In this document: positions 27,405 to 37,662 of the stretch, one piece after another
Layout: each line of letters begins with the position of its first letter
How positions within the stretch are numbered: the first letter of the stretch is position 1
DNA from: an uncultured Bacilli bacterium
GTDB taxonomy: Bacteria > Bacillota_I > Bacilli_A > RFN20 > CAG-826
Reading direction: 5' to 3'
NCBI GenBank assembly: GCA_934700895.1
Contig: CAKUXV010000001.1
Span: 269,289 to 333,288 of the forward strand
Length of the DNA stretch: 64,000 nt
Translations under genes and position numbers: made by a program
The notes under the pieces: model-generated
Told to the model about the DNA's origin: nothing
The model's database searches: none
The model's input: the letters and a program-made list of their open reading frames with translations, nothing else

Positions 27405-29192
27405 TTATTTGGCTTCCAATTCCTTTTCGAGGAGGTCGACGAGTTCGCTCATGCGCGACACGACGGCTTCGAAGGGTTCCTTCGAGGTCAAATCAACGCC
27501 GGCCTTCTTGACTTGCTCGATGGGGAAGTCGCTGCCGCCGCTGCGAAGCAAATTCACATAAGAAGTGAAGGCTTCTGGCTCTTTGGCTTTGACTTTTTCG
27601 TAAATCAACATGGAAGAGGTGAAACTCGTCGCGTATTGATAAACGTAGAAGGGGGTGTAGAAGAGGTGGGGGATATAAGCCCAGACCAAGGGTTTGAGTT
27701 TTTCTTCCTCAATGTCGATGCCGTAATATTGCTTATATAGGCGCGTCATGATGGAGGAGAGAACTTGATAATTGATCGGTTCGCCTTTTTCCGCCAACAA
27801 GCTGGCTTCGTATTCGTAATGGCCAAATAGGGTTTGGCGATAGAAGGTGGAGCAGATTTCATCGATGGCCTTTTGGAGCAAGGCGATGCGGTCTTCGTGA
27901 GACAATGTGCCGGAAGCAAGGAGATAATCAAGGAGGTTATGCTCATTGAAGGTCGAGGCGATTTCAGCGACGAAGATTGTGTAATCCTGCTTCAAAGTCG
28001 GCTGCGATTCTTCGCTATAAAGCGTGTGTATGGAGTGGCCGGATTCGTGGGCAAGGGTGAAAACGTCATCAAGCTCGCCTTGGAAATTCAAAAGAATGAA
28101 GGGGTGGTGGTCGTATCCGCCGTTAGAATAAGCGCCCGTCCGTTTTCCTAAAGAAGGATAGACGTCGACGTATCCAGGGCGTAAAACCTCTTTGGCTTTG
28201 TTTTGGAAATCAACCGGGAAATCCTTTAAGGAAGCGAAGAAGAGGTCTTTGGCTTCTTCGTAGGTGTATTTCTTGTTGGATTTTGCGAGTTGGAGGAAGC
28301 GGTCGTAGGAGCGGTGCTTTTCAAGCCCGAGGTATTTTCTGCGGAGCTCGTAATATTTCTTTAAAGGAGCGCTGCCTTTTTCGCTGGAAGCGACATCAAT
28401 TAAACTGTGGAAGACGGAAGTCGGAATGGCATTGTTGAAGAGATGCTCTTCTAGAATCGATTCATAACCACGACTTTTTTGAATGGCGAGTTGATCCTGG
28501 AGGACGGAATTATAGATTTCGCCATAAGTGTTTTTGTGCTCATCATACCAAGAATAGAGGCATTCGAAGATGGCTTGACGGTCTTCGGGTTTCTTGGTTT
28601 CGGCGATTAAGCTCGTCCAGTTTGAAAGATTGATTTCCTTCTTGCTTCCATCCGACAAGATCACTTCTTTGGGCTTGTAGTCGGCGACGGTTAGAAGGGA
28701 ATAGAGGTTTCCGCCCTCCCCATGAAGCGGGGCATAGCAGGAAAGCAATTTTTCCTTTTCGGCATCGAGAACGTGTCTTTGTCCGCGAAATAATTTCTCA
28801 AAGGAGAAAGAATATTCGTTGAATTCGGGGTGCTTGGCGAAGAACGCATTGACGTTATCCTGCCCGTAAGCAAGCAACTCCGGTTCAAAATAGGAGGCTT
28901 CGGCGATATAGGATTGAACGGCGAGTTCAACTTTGCTTTCGTCGCTTGTGTTCTCAACGTTTCTCCGATCGCGGTCGGCACGCATGGAAGCGAAGAAGGC
29001 GAGATTGATGTAGGTAAGGGTGAATTTCTTGTCTAGGGTTAGGTAGCCCGCTAATCCCTCTTCCGATGCGATTTTCCCTTGGAATTTTTTTACTTCGGGA
29101 ACGAAGCTTTTCAATTTTTCAATGTCGGATAAAAACGCTTCTTCGTTGGGATAGAAGACGCTTAAATCCCACTGTGTTTGTTGTTGGTCCAT
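27405..29192 (-). CDS. pepF: Oligoendopeptidase F (M3B).
   Basis: HESGHSIH zinc motif. About 595 aa. Confidence 0.85.
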   Translation of the reverse strand: MDQQQTQWDLSVFYPNEEAFLSDIEKLKSFVPEVKKFQGKIASEEGLAGYLTLDKKFTLTYINLAFFASMRADRDRRNVENTSDESKVELAVQSYIAEASYFEPELLAYGQDNVNAFFAKHPEFNEYSFSFEKLFRGQRHVLDAEKEKLLSCYAPLHGEGGNLYSLLTVADYKPKEVILSDGSKKEINLSNWTSLIAETKKPEDRQAIFECLYSWYDEHKNTYGEIYNSVLQDQLAIQKSRGYESILEEHLFNNAIPTSVFHSLIDVASSEKGSAPLKKYYELRRKYLGLEKHRSYDRFLQLAKSNKKYTYEEAKDLFFASLKDFPVDFQNKAKEVLRPGYVDVYPSLGKRTGAYSNGGYDHHPFILLNFQGELDDVFTLAHESGHSIHTLYSEESQPTLKQDYTIFVAEIASTFNEHNLLDYLLASGTLSHEDRIALLQKAIDEICSTFYRQTLFGHYEYEASLLAEKGEPINYQVLSSIMTRLYKQYYGIDIEEEKLKPLVWAYIPHLFYTPFYVYQYATSFTSSMLIYEKVKAKEPEAFTSYVNLLRSGGSDFPIEQVKKAGVDLTSKEPFEAVVSRMSELVDLLEKELEAK

Positions 29193-29284
29193 AAAACAAA
29201 CTCCTTTCGGAGGTATTCTAGGCTAGTTAAGGGGGAATTTCATCCTCGGCACACCAAAGAAAAAACAAATAAGACAAGGAAAAA

Positions 29285-32200
29285 TTACGGCTTTACTGAC
29301 CAAGTGGCAATGGAATTGAAGTTATCCGAATAGGTGAATTCGGACTCTCCTTCTTTGCCCAACATGGATTCGTAGATGGAAGAGACCGTTCCCGAAACGT
29401 CATTGCTGCCGTTTCGATAACTGGAGGAATCATCCCAACATAGGCGATAAACGTGATTTTGGACGTTTTCCAAGGCCAAAGAGAAGTTGATGTTTAAAGT
29501 AATCAAGACATTGATCGCGAGCTTTCCAGAGGCCGTAGAGAGGGTTTTCATGCGTTTGGAGTCGATGTCGACATAATCGCCAACGATGTCCGCGCTGATT
29601 TTCATGCCAACACTCGACTGGGTGATTTTGCCTAAGTCGATTCCCAAGGAGAATTTGGGGGTATCGGTTGGCGTAGCTTCACTAGGCCCAGAATAAGAAA
29701 GCAAGACGTCTTCGGGGTGAATGGCCGCGCCGGAAGTATCGGAATTTTCGATGCTGCCGACAATCGAATCCGACATATTGAGCATGTAGGACATAATCCA
29801 AAGAAGCATATTGGCCCCAAAGTCTTTCCCTTTGACTTTCTTTTGGTCTTGCTTCCATTTGGCCCCGATGCCAAGGAATCCGCCTTCTTTGGTGGCACGG
29901 CGAACCAAGACGCTGCCTTCTGGATCATTTCCTGAGCCATGGTAATAACATTCCGCGTAGGTTTCCGCGTTGGTGACCCCGGTAAATTTATCGATATGGG
30001 TCTTGATATAGAGGGTGACACTTGCCCCGTCGACACGCACATAGACGTCTCCGTTTAATTTGGTATTGAGAATCGATGCGGAAAGGGTGAGGTGATAGGT
30101 GGTAACTTTGTTATTCGGAGTGATTCCAAGCGAAGCGGTGTCGATGATATAAGCGGCAAGGCTAGAGATGGAAGAATAGTCGACGAATCCCTCCGTAGAA
30201 GAGAAGTGGTGGAGGTCTTCTTCTGTCGCATCAAGGGAAGTGATGCCGATCGTGATATCCATCTCCTTCAGGGAGCCTTCCTCCCCCATTTGAGTTTGGA
30301 TTCGTAAAGACGTAAGGGGTCCTGCCCCTTCTTGACCGGCGATTTTATCTCCAAAACCCAAAGTTAATACCAAAGGGGAATGGGTTCCGAATAAAGAGGT
30401 GGGGAAGGTCAAAGCCATTTGGTTGGAAGAAGAAAAGCTAGATTCCAACAAGGGGCTGGTTAAGGCGTCAAAATAAAGCCCGTTTCCGATTTTGCCAAGC
30501 AAGGATTCGGTGGATGCGCTGGAGAAGGCGTTCATCAAGCGTTCAAAACGCGGATCGTCGCTTTGGAGAAAATCCATGACCAGCGAGAGGATGTCATTGA
30601 GGGAATGGATGGTGAAATAGCCCTGCATTCCGTTTTTGCTATCGGGGTCCTTGCGGTTTTCGTCTTTTTGGCTATTCGCGTTCTTGGAGTCGTAACGGAA
30701 GATCATTTTGTTGATATCAAGATTCGTCGCTGCGTCGATTTTGCTAGGACCCGTTACTTCGATATCGATGTTATGGTCGTTGATGTATTTGGTCTGACGG
30801 TCGGTGAAAGTGGCTTTACCTGCCCCACGCTTTTGTTCTAAATCAAAGGCAAAGGAGCCTGAGAAGACAAACCCTTCTTCGGGGCGGTTATAGGACGAAT
30901 GGTCGGCTACGGTAGTAGTTCCGAGCTTCAATAAATAGCCGGATAAGGAGAAGGTGGCTTTATTGGTTCTTGCAATCTGGCCGATTTGGTCTGAAATCGA
31001 GGGGAGATGGTCCCACAAGTCATACGATTCGGGGTTTTGGATATCGTCCATCGCAAAATCACGGACTTTCAAAGAACCCGATTCGATGGAGAAGGGCCCA
31101 AGGGCCAAGTTCGATAAAGTGATTTCCGCAACAGACTCCCCTGAGCTTAAAAGGATGTCCGCCGAGCCTGATGCAAAACCGAGTTTGCTGAAATCTAGTC
31201 CGATCCGCACTTGATTCGCTTCCGTTTCCAGATGAGAAATCGCGTCGAGGATAAAGTCATAACGCCCCGCCTGGAGACCCTGATTTAATGCTCCGGCTTC
31301 GAAAGCGTCTACGGCTTCGCCAATGGCTCCAGTAGTTTGAAGGAGTCCGGATAACAAGCCCTCCTCATCGTTAGATTCGCCATTGCCTTTGAAGACTTCA
31401 TCGAAACGGGAGACAAGAGCATCTAAAACCGGTTTGGTTGTTTTGGCCTTTAAAGCGTCGTTTAAAGAGAAAAAGACGGCATTCGCGTTAGCTCCTTCGT
31501 TGCCATAAAGGTGAAGGCCAATATGATTTTCTCGTTTCGTTTCTTCTTTGGCGGTGGCAAGGCTGATATCCGCGCCAATTTCTTGCAGAGCCGAGCCGTT
31601 GAATTCCAAATCCGCGGATAGTCCTAATTCCAAGGTTTCGTGGACCGCGTCATGACCAAAGGAAGTGGACGTGGAGGGGATTTCGTCTTCGTCGTGGCTT
31701 AGTACCAAATTGCCATCCACCCCAAACTTGCGATTTTTGATGAGGTGGCCCATCTTTTTGAAGAGGGCGGTGGAATCACTTAGTTTTTGATAAGAACCGA
31801 CGTCCTCCGGAATCGCCCAATTCTTAGCTTCCGGCTTGTTTTCTAAGGAGAAAGATGCGGAGAGGTGCATCAAATTGCCCGTGCCAAAAGTTAAGGAAGA
31901 AATGTTGCTGCTTCTTGCTGGCAAATCGATTCCGGAAAAAGAATAAGAGGAAGAAGAACGCAACCCAATGGGATAATAGGTTTCCCCTTCGGCTAATTGA
32001 AGGTTCCAAGTAAAATAGGGGAGGCCATCGATGGAAGTTTCTTGCACGTGGTTTAACGAATCTAAAACCACGGACCAATCGATGTTAAACGAAGAAGAAG
32101 AACCAGAAGACCCTTCTGAATCGGAGCTTTTAAGGAGGTCCATCAATTCTTCAATGATCCAGGACAAATCGCCATATTGATAACAGGCGTATCCATTCAA

Positions 32201-32719
32201 TTCGGAATCGTAGGAAACGTCGTTCCCGTTGCTCCCGTCAAAAATGGTTTCCTTGAGGTCCATTTGGTAACGGAGGCGGCTATTTTCACTTTCGTTTCGG
32301 CTTAAATCCAAATCCAAAAGGAATAAATCAGAGGCTAAGAATAACCCAAGGTTCACTTTCTTGCCATTGTAACTAACGGGCGCATCCATGGCCAACTTAA
32401 GGTGATGGAGTGATGGGGCGTCTAAGGCAAAATCAAGGGAAACGCCAGAAAAATCGATGACGTTGGCGGAATCTCCCGCCGCTTTATCCAAGGTGAAGGC
32501 GCTTCCTTCTTCCACGTGCAGGCTTATCCCATCATGAAAAGAAGAAGTAAAACTGGTGAGAAAACGATCCCTAACCTCAATCTGCAAGGAATTGGAATCG
32601 CCGCTATTTCCTCCATCAAAAGGCTTTTCCGCCTTGACACTAGTGGTAAAAGGTGAGCAAGAAAGAAGCAAGGCTAAGCCTAGGGAACTAGATAAGAATG
32701 TTTTCTGAAAAGGTTTCAT
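29285..32719 (-). CDS. Giant exported lipoprotein (1144 aa), function unknown. Paralog of 33884-37639.
   Basis: Signal peptide with LLSC lipobox. Segments align with the 1251-aa protein, for example FFSLNDALKAKTTKPVLDALV against LNFGDALKARTTKTTLDELM. Confidence 0.6.
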   Translation of the reverse strand: MKPFQKTFLSSSLGLALLLSCSPFTTSVKAEKPFDGGNSGDSNSLQIEVRDRFLTSFTSSFHDGISLHVEEGSAFTLDKAAGDSANVIDFSGVSLDFALDAPSLHHLKLAMDAPVSYNGKKVNLGLFLASDLFLLDLDLSRNESENSRLRYQMDLKETIFDGSNGNDVSYDSELNGYACYQYGDLSWIIEELMDLLKSSDSEGSSGSSSSFNIDWSVVLDSLNHVQETSIDGLPYFTWNLQLAEGETYYPIGLRSSSSYSFSGIDLPARSSNISSLTFGTGNLMHLSASFSLENKPEAKNWAIPEDVGSYQKLSDSTALFKKMGHLIKNRKFGVDGNLVLSHDEDEIPSTSTSFGHDAVHETLELGLSADLEFNGSALQEIGADISLATAKEETKRENHIGLHLYGNEGANANAVFFSLNDALKAKTTKPVLDALVSRFDEVFKGNGESNDEEGLLSGLLQTTGAIGEAVDAFEAGALNQGLQAGRYDFILDAISHLETEANQVRIGLDFSKLGFASGSADILLSSGESVAEITLSNLALGPFSIESGSLKVRDFAMDDIQNPESYDLWDHLPSISDQIGQIARTNKATFSLSGYLLKLGTTTVADHSSYNRPEEGFVFSGSFAFDLEQKRGAGKATFTDRQTKYINDHNIDIEVTGPSKIDAATNLDINKMIFRYDSKNANSQKDENRKDPDSKNGMQGYFTIHSLNDILSLVMDFLQSDDPRFERLMNAFSSASTESLLGKIGNGLYFDALTSPLLESSFSSSNQMALTFPTSLFGTHSPLVLTLGFGDKIAGQEGAGPLTSLRIQTQMGEEGSLKEMDITIGITSLDATEEDLHHFSSTEGFVDYSSISSLAAYIIDTASLGITPNNKVTTYHLTLSASILNTKLNGDVYVRVDGASVTLYIKTHIDKFTGVTNAETYAECYYHGSGNDPEGSVLVRRATKEGGFLGIGAKWKQDQKKVKGKDFGANMLLWIMSYMLNMSDSIVGSIENSDTSGAAIHPEDVLLSYSGPSEATPTDTPKFSLGIDLGKITQSSVGMKISADIVGDYVDIDSKRMKTLSTASGKLAINVLITLNINFSLALENVQNHVYRLCWDDSSSYRNGSNDVSGTVSSIYESMLGKEGESEFTYSDNFNSIATWSVKP

Positions 32720-32805
32720 TTCTTGCTAAGTAGGGCCTACAAAAGACCAATATGCATTATATGCATAAGGGGTTCAACATCACTCTATTTCGAAAATATG
32801 GAAGA

Positions 32806-32834
32806 AAGAAAAAGACTCTCCAAATCGGAGAGTC
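32806..32834 (-). terminator. Rho-independent terminator of the XRE-membrane gene.
   Basis: On the minus strand: GACTCTCC-gattt-GGAGAGTC followed by TTTTTCT. Confidence 0.55.
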
Positions 32835-32847
32835 TCGATGCCATCGG

Positions 32848-33534
32848 TTATTTTTCTGGAGTTTCTGCAGGAATTTCTTTCGAAACTTCCTTGGAAGCTG
32901 CCGTCTCCGTTTTCGGCTTTCTCCTCCAAGAGAAAAGCAAAGCAAGGATAACTTGTAGCGGCACCCCAACAATCAAAATGAACCAAAGCTGTTCTTTTTG
33001 GGGGCTAAAGAAAGCGAAATGGAAACAGAAACAAAGCAAAAGACTCCATAAGAAAGAGCTGACCACGACGAAGGTAGCTACTTTGTTATGGTAGAAACGC
33101 CGGGTTTCAATGGCGATTAAGAAAAGGGAAATGGGAATCATCCAAAGGAAGACGGCGAATAATTCTAGAGACCGCATGTTCCGGAAATAATATTCGCTTA
33201 AGAAAATAGAGACGGCTACTAGAACAACAAACATGGCGGTCATCGCAACAATTAAGGCCTTGTTAATCGCTTGAGGGTCTTTCTTTTCAGTGGCATTAAC
33301 GATTTTGTCCGCGCTTTCCGGTTCGTGCTCTTGGGTTAAATAATCAACGCTCACCCCAAAATAAGAGGCGAAGTCCATCAAAATATCAATGCTAGGGCAC
33401 GTGTATCCAAGCTCCCATTTGGAGATGGATTTATCGCTATAATGAATTTCGGAAGCGAGTTCTAACTGCGTCAAACCCTTGGCTTTTCGGAGAGAAGAAA
33501 TGTTCTTTCCAATCGTTGCGGCGAGATTTTCCAT
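32848..33534 (-). CDS. XRE-family HTH domain fused to a polytopic membrane domain.
   Basis: N-terminal SSLRKAKGLTQLELASEIHYSDKSISKWELGYTCPSIDILMDFASYFGVSVDYL followed by four or five TM helices. Confidence 0.7.
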   Translation of the reverse strand: MENLAATIGKNISSLRKAKGLTQLELASEIHYSDKSISKWELGYTCPSIDILMDFASYFGVSVDYLTQEHEPESADKIVNATEKKDPQAINKALIVAMTAMFVVLVAVSIFLSEYYFRNMRSLELFAVFLWMIPISLFLIAIETRRFYHNKVATFVVVSSFLWSLLLCFCFHFAFFSPQKEQLWFILIVGVPLQVILALLFSWRRKPKTETAASKEVSKEIPAETPEK

Positions 33535-33835
33535 GCACCAATTGTACGTTTCCTCGCCCCTTTCGTCAAAATGGAGAGAAAAAATAAAGACTTATTCGGG
33601 TGTGACTTTTCCGAAAAAGGAATCGCGTGAGCACTAGGAGTGATGAACCAGGATACGACTTTCCAGCCCTTTTTGGCAAACTCGTTGACGGTATTTTGGA
33701 TTTAGATCGCCATCTTTTCCGCCTAGGGTCCGTAGGCTAATGCAACGGTTTTATATTTCATTTTGTTCACCTCAATAATGCCATTATACGGGGGACGCAT
33801 CGTCGAATTTGCAAAGAATTCGTAAGGATGAACTA

Positions 33836-33870
33836 GCAAAAAAAGGACGGCATCTGGCCGCCCTTTGGAA
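33836..33870 (-). terminator. Rho-independent terminator of the 1251-aa gene.
   Basis: On the minus strand: GGGCGGC-cagat-GCCGTCC followed by TTTTTTT. Confidence 0.55.
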
Positions 33871-33883
33871 GTTAAGGAACGCG

Positions 33884-36800
33884 TTATTTGGAAAGGTAGT
33901 AGTTCCGATGCCCTTTGTTAGCTTCGTCTACGCCGTGTCTCCATGCTTTTCCACCTTCTTTATCGGTGGGTTCTGCATAGATGCCAACGGCTTGGTATTC
34001 GTCTCCATTGAAGGAGAGGAAGTTCGTGGAATAGGCTTCGCTAACGGAATCCCATCCATTGGAATAGACGCCGTTATCGAGGTTGGCGAGGGCCAAGTCG
34101 ATGTTGGCTTTAGCCAAGGAGAGGCGGTTGCCGGTATTTTCCGCGTGGAAGCTCACGCCACAATCCGCGTGCAACGAATTTAACGCATGAACTTTGGTTT
34201 GGCCGTCTTGGGCGAGGAAGGTTCCTCCGCCAATGACGAGGCTGATGTCATCGAGGATATCAACGCCCAATAAACCATTGAGGTTCAATTTCAGGGTATA
34301 CGTGACGCTATTTCCGTCGGAAGAAACACTCTTAGAGAATCCTTTGTAAAGGTCTTCAAAATGGAGGGCATTGGCAAGTCCGGAAGAAGAAGTCTCTTCG
34401 CCATTATTTTCAAAATAGGATTCATTGACGCCGAGAACGTATTGGAGGATGTAATTCAAGGCATCGTCTTTAAAGGCGCCTTCTTTGTTTAGTTTCACCG
34501 AATCGCGGACGTTAGCAAGCTTGCCGTAATCCGAATCGCGGGTTAATAGCATCTCGGTGGTTAAGTTGCCTTCTGCATCTTCGCGTCCATCCGAATAATA
34601 ATAGAAGGAAGCATCGCGCGATCCGCCGAGTTCAAGCGGACGGAAGTAGAGGTCGTTATCCGGAGCGTTCAAACCGCGGATAGTGGGGATGTTGTTTAAC
34701 GATCCCGCCACCTTGATGCGCGCACCTTCTACCGACATCGCCATATTCGCTTGAGCGAGTTTGGTTTCATAATCGCCAAGTTGAAGCCCAACGGTTCCTT
34801 GAAGGTCGTAAGTCGATACCCCCTCTCCTTCTTTTAATCCGAGGACGGTCGTTTCGGCGGCGTAATCGATAAGGGAATATAGTCCAGAATAATCGTCGTA
34901 ATTCTTCTTTTCTTCGCCTAAGGAAGCAAAGGTTTCATCTGGGGCTAAATCCGCTAAAGCGATACGAAGGTCAACACTAGTTTGCTTGCCTTCTTCTCCG
35001 CTAAGGGTTTCCACCTGAATGTTTTTCAGTGTCTTGTCGTCATTGAAATTCAAGGCTAAGGTGATGGAACCATCCATCCCAAAGGCGCTGCCATTTAAGT
35101 CAAATTGGGCTTTGTTGGAGGTAAAAGAAGACGAATTTAAGAACGAATAATCGGCGATGGCAAAATAATTGCCACTAGAAATATCGTTCATTAAGCTCGC
35201 TTCAGCGCCGCTAGAGAAGAGTCGACTGATGCGGGAGAAGCGATCGTCGGAGTTGGAGACCAAGTCTTTGACCGTGTCGATGACTCCATCGAGTCCCTGA
35301 GTTCCGATTTGACCGTTGATGCCAGTAGAAGAAGTCGGGTCTTTGCGGTTTTCTGCAGCCACTTTCACTTCGTTTTTCATGACGGAAGGGTCGTTTTTGG
35401 AGTCGTAATGGAAATAGGCGACGTTATCGGCGCTGAACAAGGCTTCACCCTGGTTGTCCAAATCGATTGCAAGATGGTGATCTTGGTAATAAGAAGCACC
35501 ACGTTCGGTGAGATTTAACGCCACGGTTCCTTTGATTTTGGCAGGATTCACCGTTTCATCGCCTTCGACGTTTCCTTTGCCGCCGCCAAAGTCCAACGCG
35601 ACGCGGCCGTTTAAATCGAGTCCTTGGGTTTTATTCGCATCCTTATAGACGTCTTGGGTGCCGAGATAATTAATGTTGCCCTGCAATTCGATGCCAAGCT
35701 TTTTGTCTTCTACCATCGGTTTGATTTGGTCGACGACGGTGGGGAGGTGGGTCAATTCGTCCCAGGAAATCATATCCTCGCTGATGATGGGTTCTTGGAA
35801 TTCGGGGGTTTCTAAGGCGACGTTCAACGTAAGCGTCTGCAAAACGAGGTTTTTGATTTCGATTTTAGCAAGGCTAGAAGTAGCGTCCCCGCGTAATGCG
35901 ACAACGATTTTGGCTTCGTTAAATCCAAGGGGCTTCAAATTGAGTTCCAGGGAAATGAGATTATCCGCGATCGTGACGTTATCGATCATATCGACGACAT
36001 CTTCGTAATGTTTTTGCTCTAAATTGGTTAGCAAAGTCGGTTTTTGGTAATCGGATTCCCCTTGGAGAACTTTCAAAACTTTGTCGAGCGTCGAAATCAC
36101 CTGGTTCAATTGCTCGTCGGTCTTTTTCTCCTCAACGCTTCCCTCTGGATTGGTGGGGTCGGCTGTGGTTTCGCTCTTGAATTTGCCCATGAGCTCATCG
36201 AGAGTGGTTTTGGTGGTGCGCGCTTTTAAGGCATCCCCGAAATTCAAATAGGCTCCGCTACTATCGGAATCGGTATTTTGAATAAGAGCGCTTAAGGTTT
36301 GGCTGCCTTTCTTCGTGCCGTTCCCATCGAAATGGGTGAAAGAAAGGGAAGCGTCCGCACGATTGAAGTCGACGCCTTTAATCGCACCGTCGGTTAATTT
36401 CCAAGACAAATCGACGTTGCCGCCTACGTGTAAATTTGCTTTTTCGTGGACTTCTTTTTTGCCAAAAGTCGTATACGTCCCTGCTTCTCCTTTGACGTGA
36501 TGCTCCATATCAACGTCCAAACTGACGCCGAATTTTGGAGTAGCCACATAAGAAGCAATGCGGCGATAAAGTTCCAAAGAATCGTCTAATTTGGGATAGG
36601 CTTTCCAAGCTGCCGGAACCGTCCAATCGAATTCGCCGGTGCTGGCTTTGGTGGTAACATCCGCAGAAAGCTGAATGGTCCAATCTTTGCCTTCTAAAAG
36701 CTGTTGACGTCCCTGCTTTCCGTTTTGGACTGCCGGCATATCGATATGGGTTAAGGAATAATTCTCGTCCCCGCCGAAACCAATGGAATAGGTCATGTTT

Positions 36801-37639
36801 CCCAATGGCAAATCCAAGGTGAAATAAGGTTTCCCCGAAGCATCTTTGCCTTCTTTCATTTGGCTTAAGGCATCCATCATGGCATCGGTGTCGAAGCTGC
36901 TGGAAGAAGAATCGCTAGTAGAATCTTCGCTATTGGTCCCGCCAATCTTGCCATAGGTATCGATGTTGATTCCGCCCTTGGTCAAGATTTCGATGATGTC
37001 GTGAAGGACAAAATCCAAGCGGCCGTATTCATAGGAGGGATTGCCGCCGGTAATCGGATCGGCAATGGAAGTATCAACTTCCCGCAAAACGGAAACCTGG
37101 TACCCCGCGTCCCAGTCGTGTTCGTTGCCATCGATATCCGCGATGTTGAAATAGAGGTTTTTCTCCGTTTCCCCATCTCCAAGCAAGCCAAGGTTCAACT
37201 GACGTTGCAAGCCGTTATAGGCTAGTGGCAATTCCGCGGAAAGGTTAATCCCAGAAAGAGAAAGCGAATTCAACGCGAGTTTGATTCCCGCCGGTTTTCC
37301 CGGAATCGTGGAAATACGATTGTCGTAATAGGTGTTCGTGACGCTGCCATCTTCTTGGGGGAGCGAGCTTTTTACCGCGCCAGGAATGGATAAATCCAAG
37401 GTGTTGATGGATAAACTTAAACCGCTGGTAGCGGATTCGAGAAGATTATTGACGAATTTTTCCGATGGCGTGACTTTTTGGTCTCCCCCGCCGTTAGAAC
37501 TTGAAAGATGATTAGTGATCGTTTGTTGCGGTAATAAGAAGAAGACGCCCGCGGCTGTGACCCCGAAGGTCGTTAAGCACGTTAATCCCCATAGCAAGGT
37601 CTGCTTATGGCTTTGTTTTTTGTTGTTGTTCTTTTTCAT
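33884..37639 (-). CDS. Giant exported or membrane-anchored protein (1251 aa), function unknown. Paralog of 29285-32719.
   Basis: Basic N-terminus followed by a hydrophobic anchor. Collinear similarity to the 1144-aa protein. AGGGGAA ribosome-binding site. Confidence 0.6.
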   Translation of the reverse strand: MKKNNNKKQSHKQTLLWGLTCLTTFGVTAAGVFFLLPQQTITNHLSSSNGGGDQKVTPSEKFVNNLLESATSGLSLSINTLDLSIPGAVKSSLPQEDGSVTNTYYDNRISTIPGKPAGIKLALNSLSLSGINLSAELPLAYNGLQRQLNLGLLGDGETEKNLYFNIADIDGNEHDWDAGYQVSVLREVDTSIADPITGGNPSYEYGRLDFVLHDIIEILTKGGINIDTYGKIGGTNSEDSTSDSSSSSFDTDAMMDALSQMKEGKDASGKPYFTLDLPLGNMTYSIGFGGDENYSLTHIDMPAVQNGKQGRQQLLEGKDWTIQLSADVTTKASTGEFDWTVPAAWKAYPKLDDSLELYRRIASYVATPKFGVSLDVDMEHHVKGEAGTYTTFGKKEVHEKANLHVGGNVDLSWKLTDGAIKGVDFNRADASLSFTHFDGNGTKKGSQTLSALIQNTDSDSSGAYLNFGDALKARTTKTTLDELMGKFKSETTADPTNPEGSVEEKKTDEQLNQVISTLDKVLKVLQGESDYQKPTLLTNLEQKHYEDVVDMIDNVTIADNLISLELNLKPLGFNEAKIVVALRGDATSSLAKIEIKNLVLQTLTLNVALETPEFQEPIISEDMISWDELTHLPTVVDQIKPMVEDKKLGIELQGNINYLGTQDVYKDANKTQGLDLNGRVALDFGGGKGNVEGDETVNPAKIKGTVALNLTERGASYYQDHHLAIDLDNQGEALFSADNVAYFHYDSKNDPSVMKNEVKVAAENRKDPTSSTGINGQIGTQGLDGVIDTVKDLVSNSDDRFSRISRLFSSGAEASLMNDISSGNYFAIADYSFLNSSSFTSNKAQFDLNGSAFGMDGSITLALNFNDDKTLKNIQVETLSGEEGKQTSVDLRIALADLAPDETFASLGEEKKNYDDYSGLYSLIDYAAETTVLGLKEGEGVSTYDLQGTVGLQLGDYETKLAQANMAMSVEGARIKVAGSLNNIPTIRGLNAPDNDLYFRPLELGGSRDASFYYYSDGREDAEGNLTTEMLLTRDSDYGKLANVRDSVKLNKEGAFKDDALNYILQYVLGVNESYFENNGEETSSSGLANALHFEDLYKGFSKSVSSDGNSVTYTLKLNLNGLLGVDILDDISLVIGGGTFLAQDGQTKVHALNSLHADCGVSFHAENTGNRLSLAKANIDLALANLDNGVYSNGWDSVSEAYSTNFLSFNGDEYQAVGIYAEPTDKEGGKAWRHGVDEANKGHRNYYLSK

Positions 37640-37662
37640 GATTGGATTCCCCTAATTGAATG

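Noticed and set aside
33535-33835. 300-bp gap between the XRE-membrane gene and the 1251-aa gene terminator
   Set aside because: It contains only short ORFs (for example 33809-34183, which is antisense to the giant gene) and no convincing repeat or RNA structure. I treated it as promoter/leader sequence.
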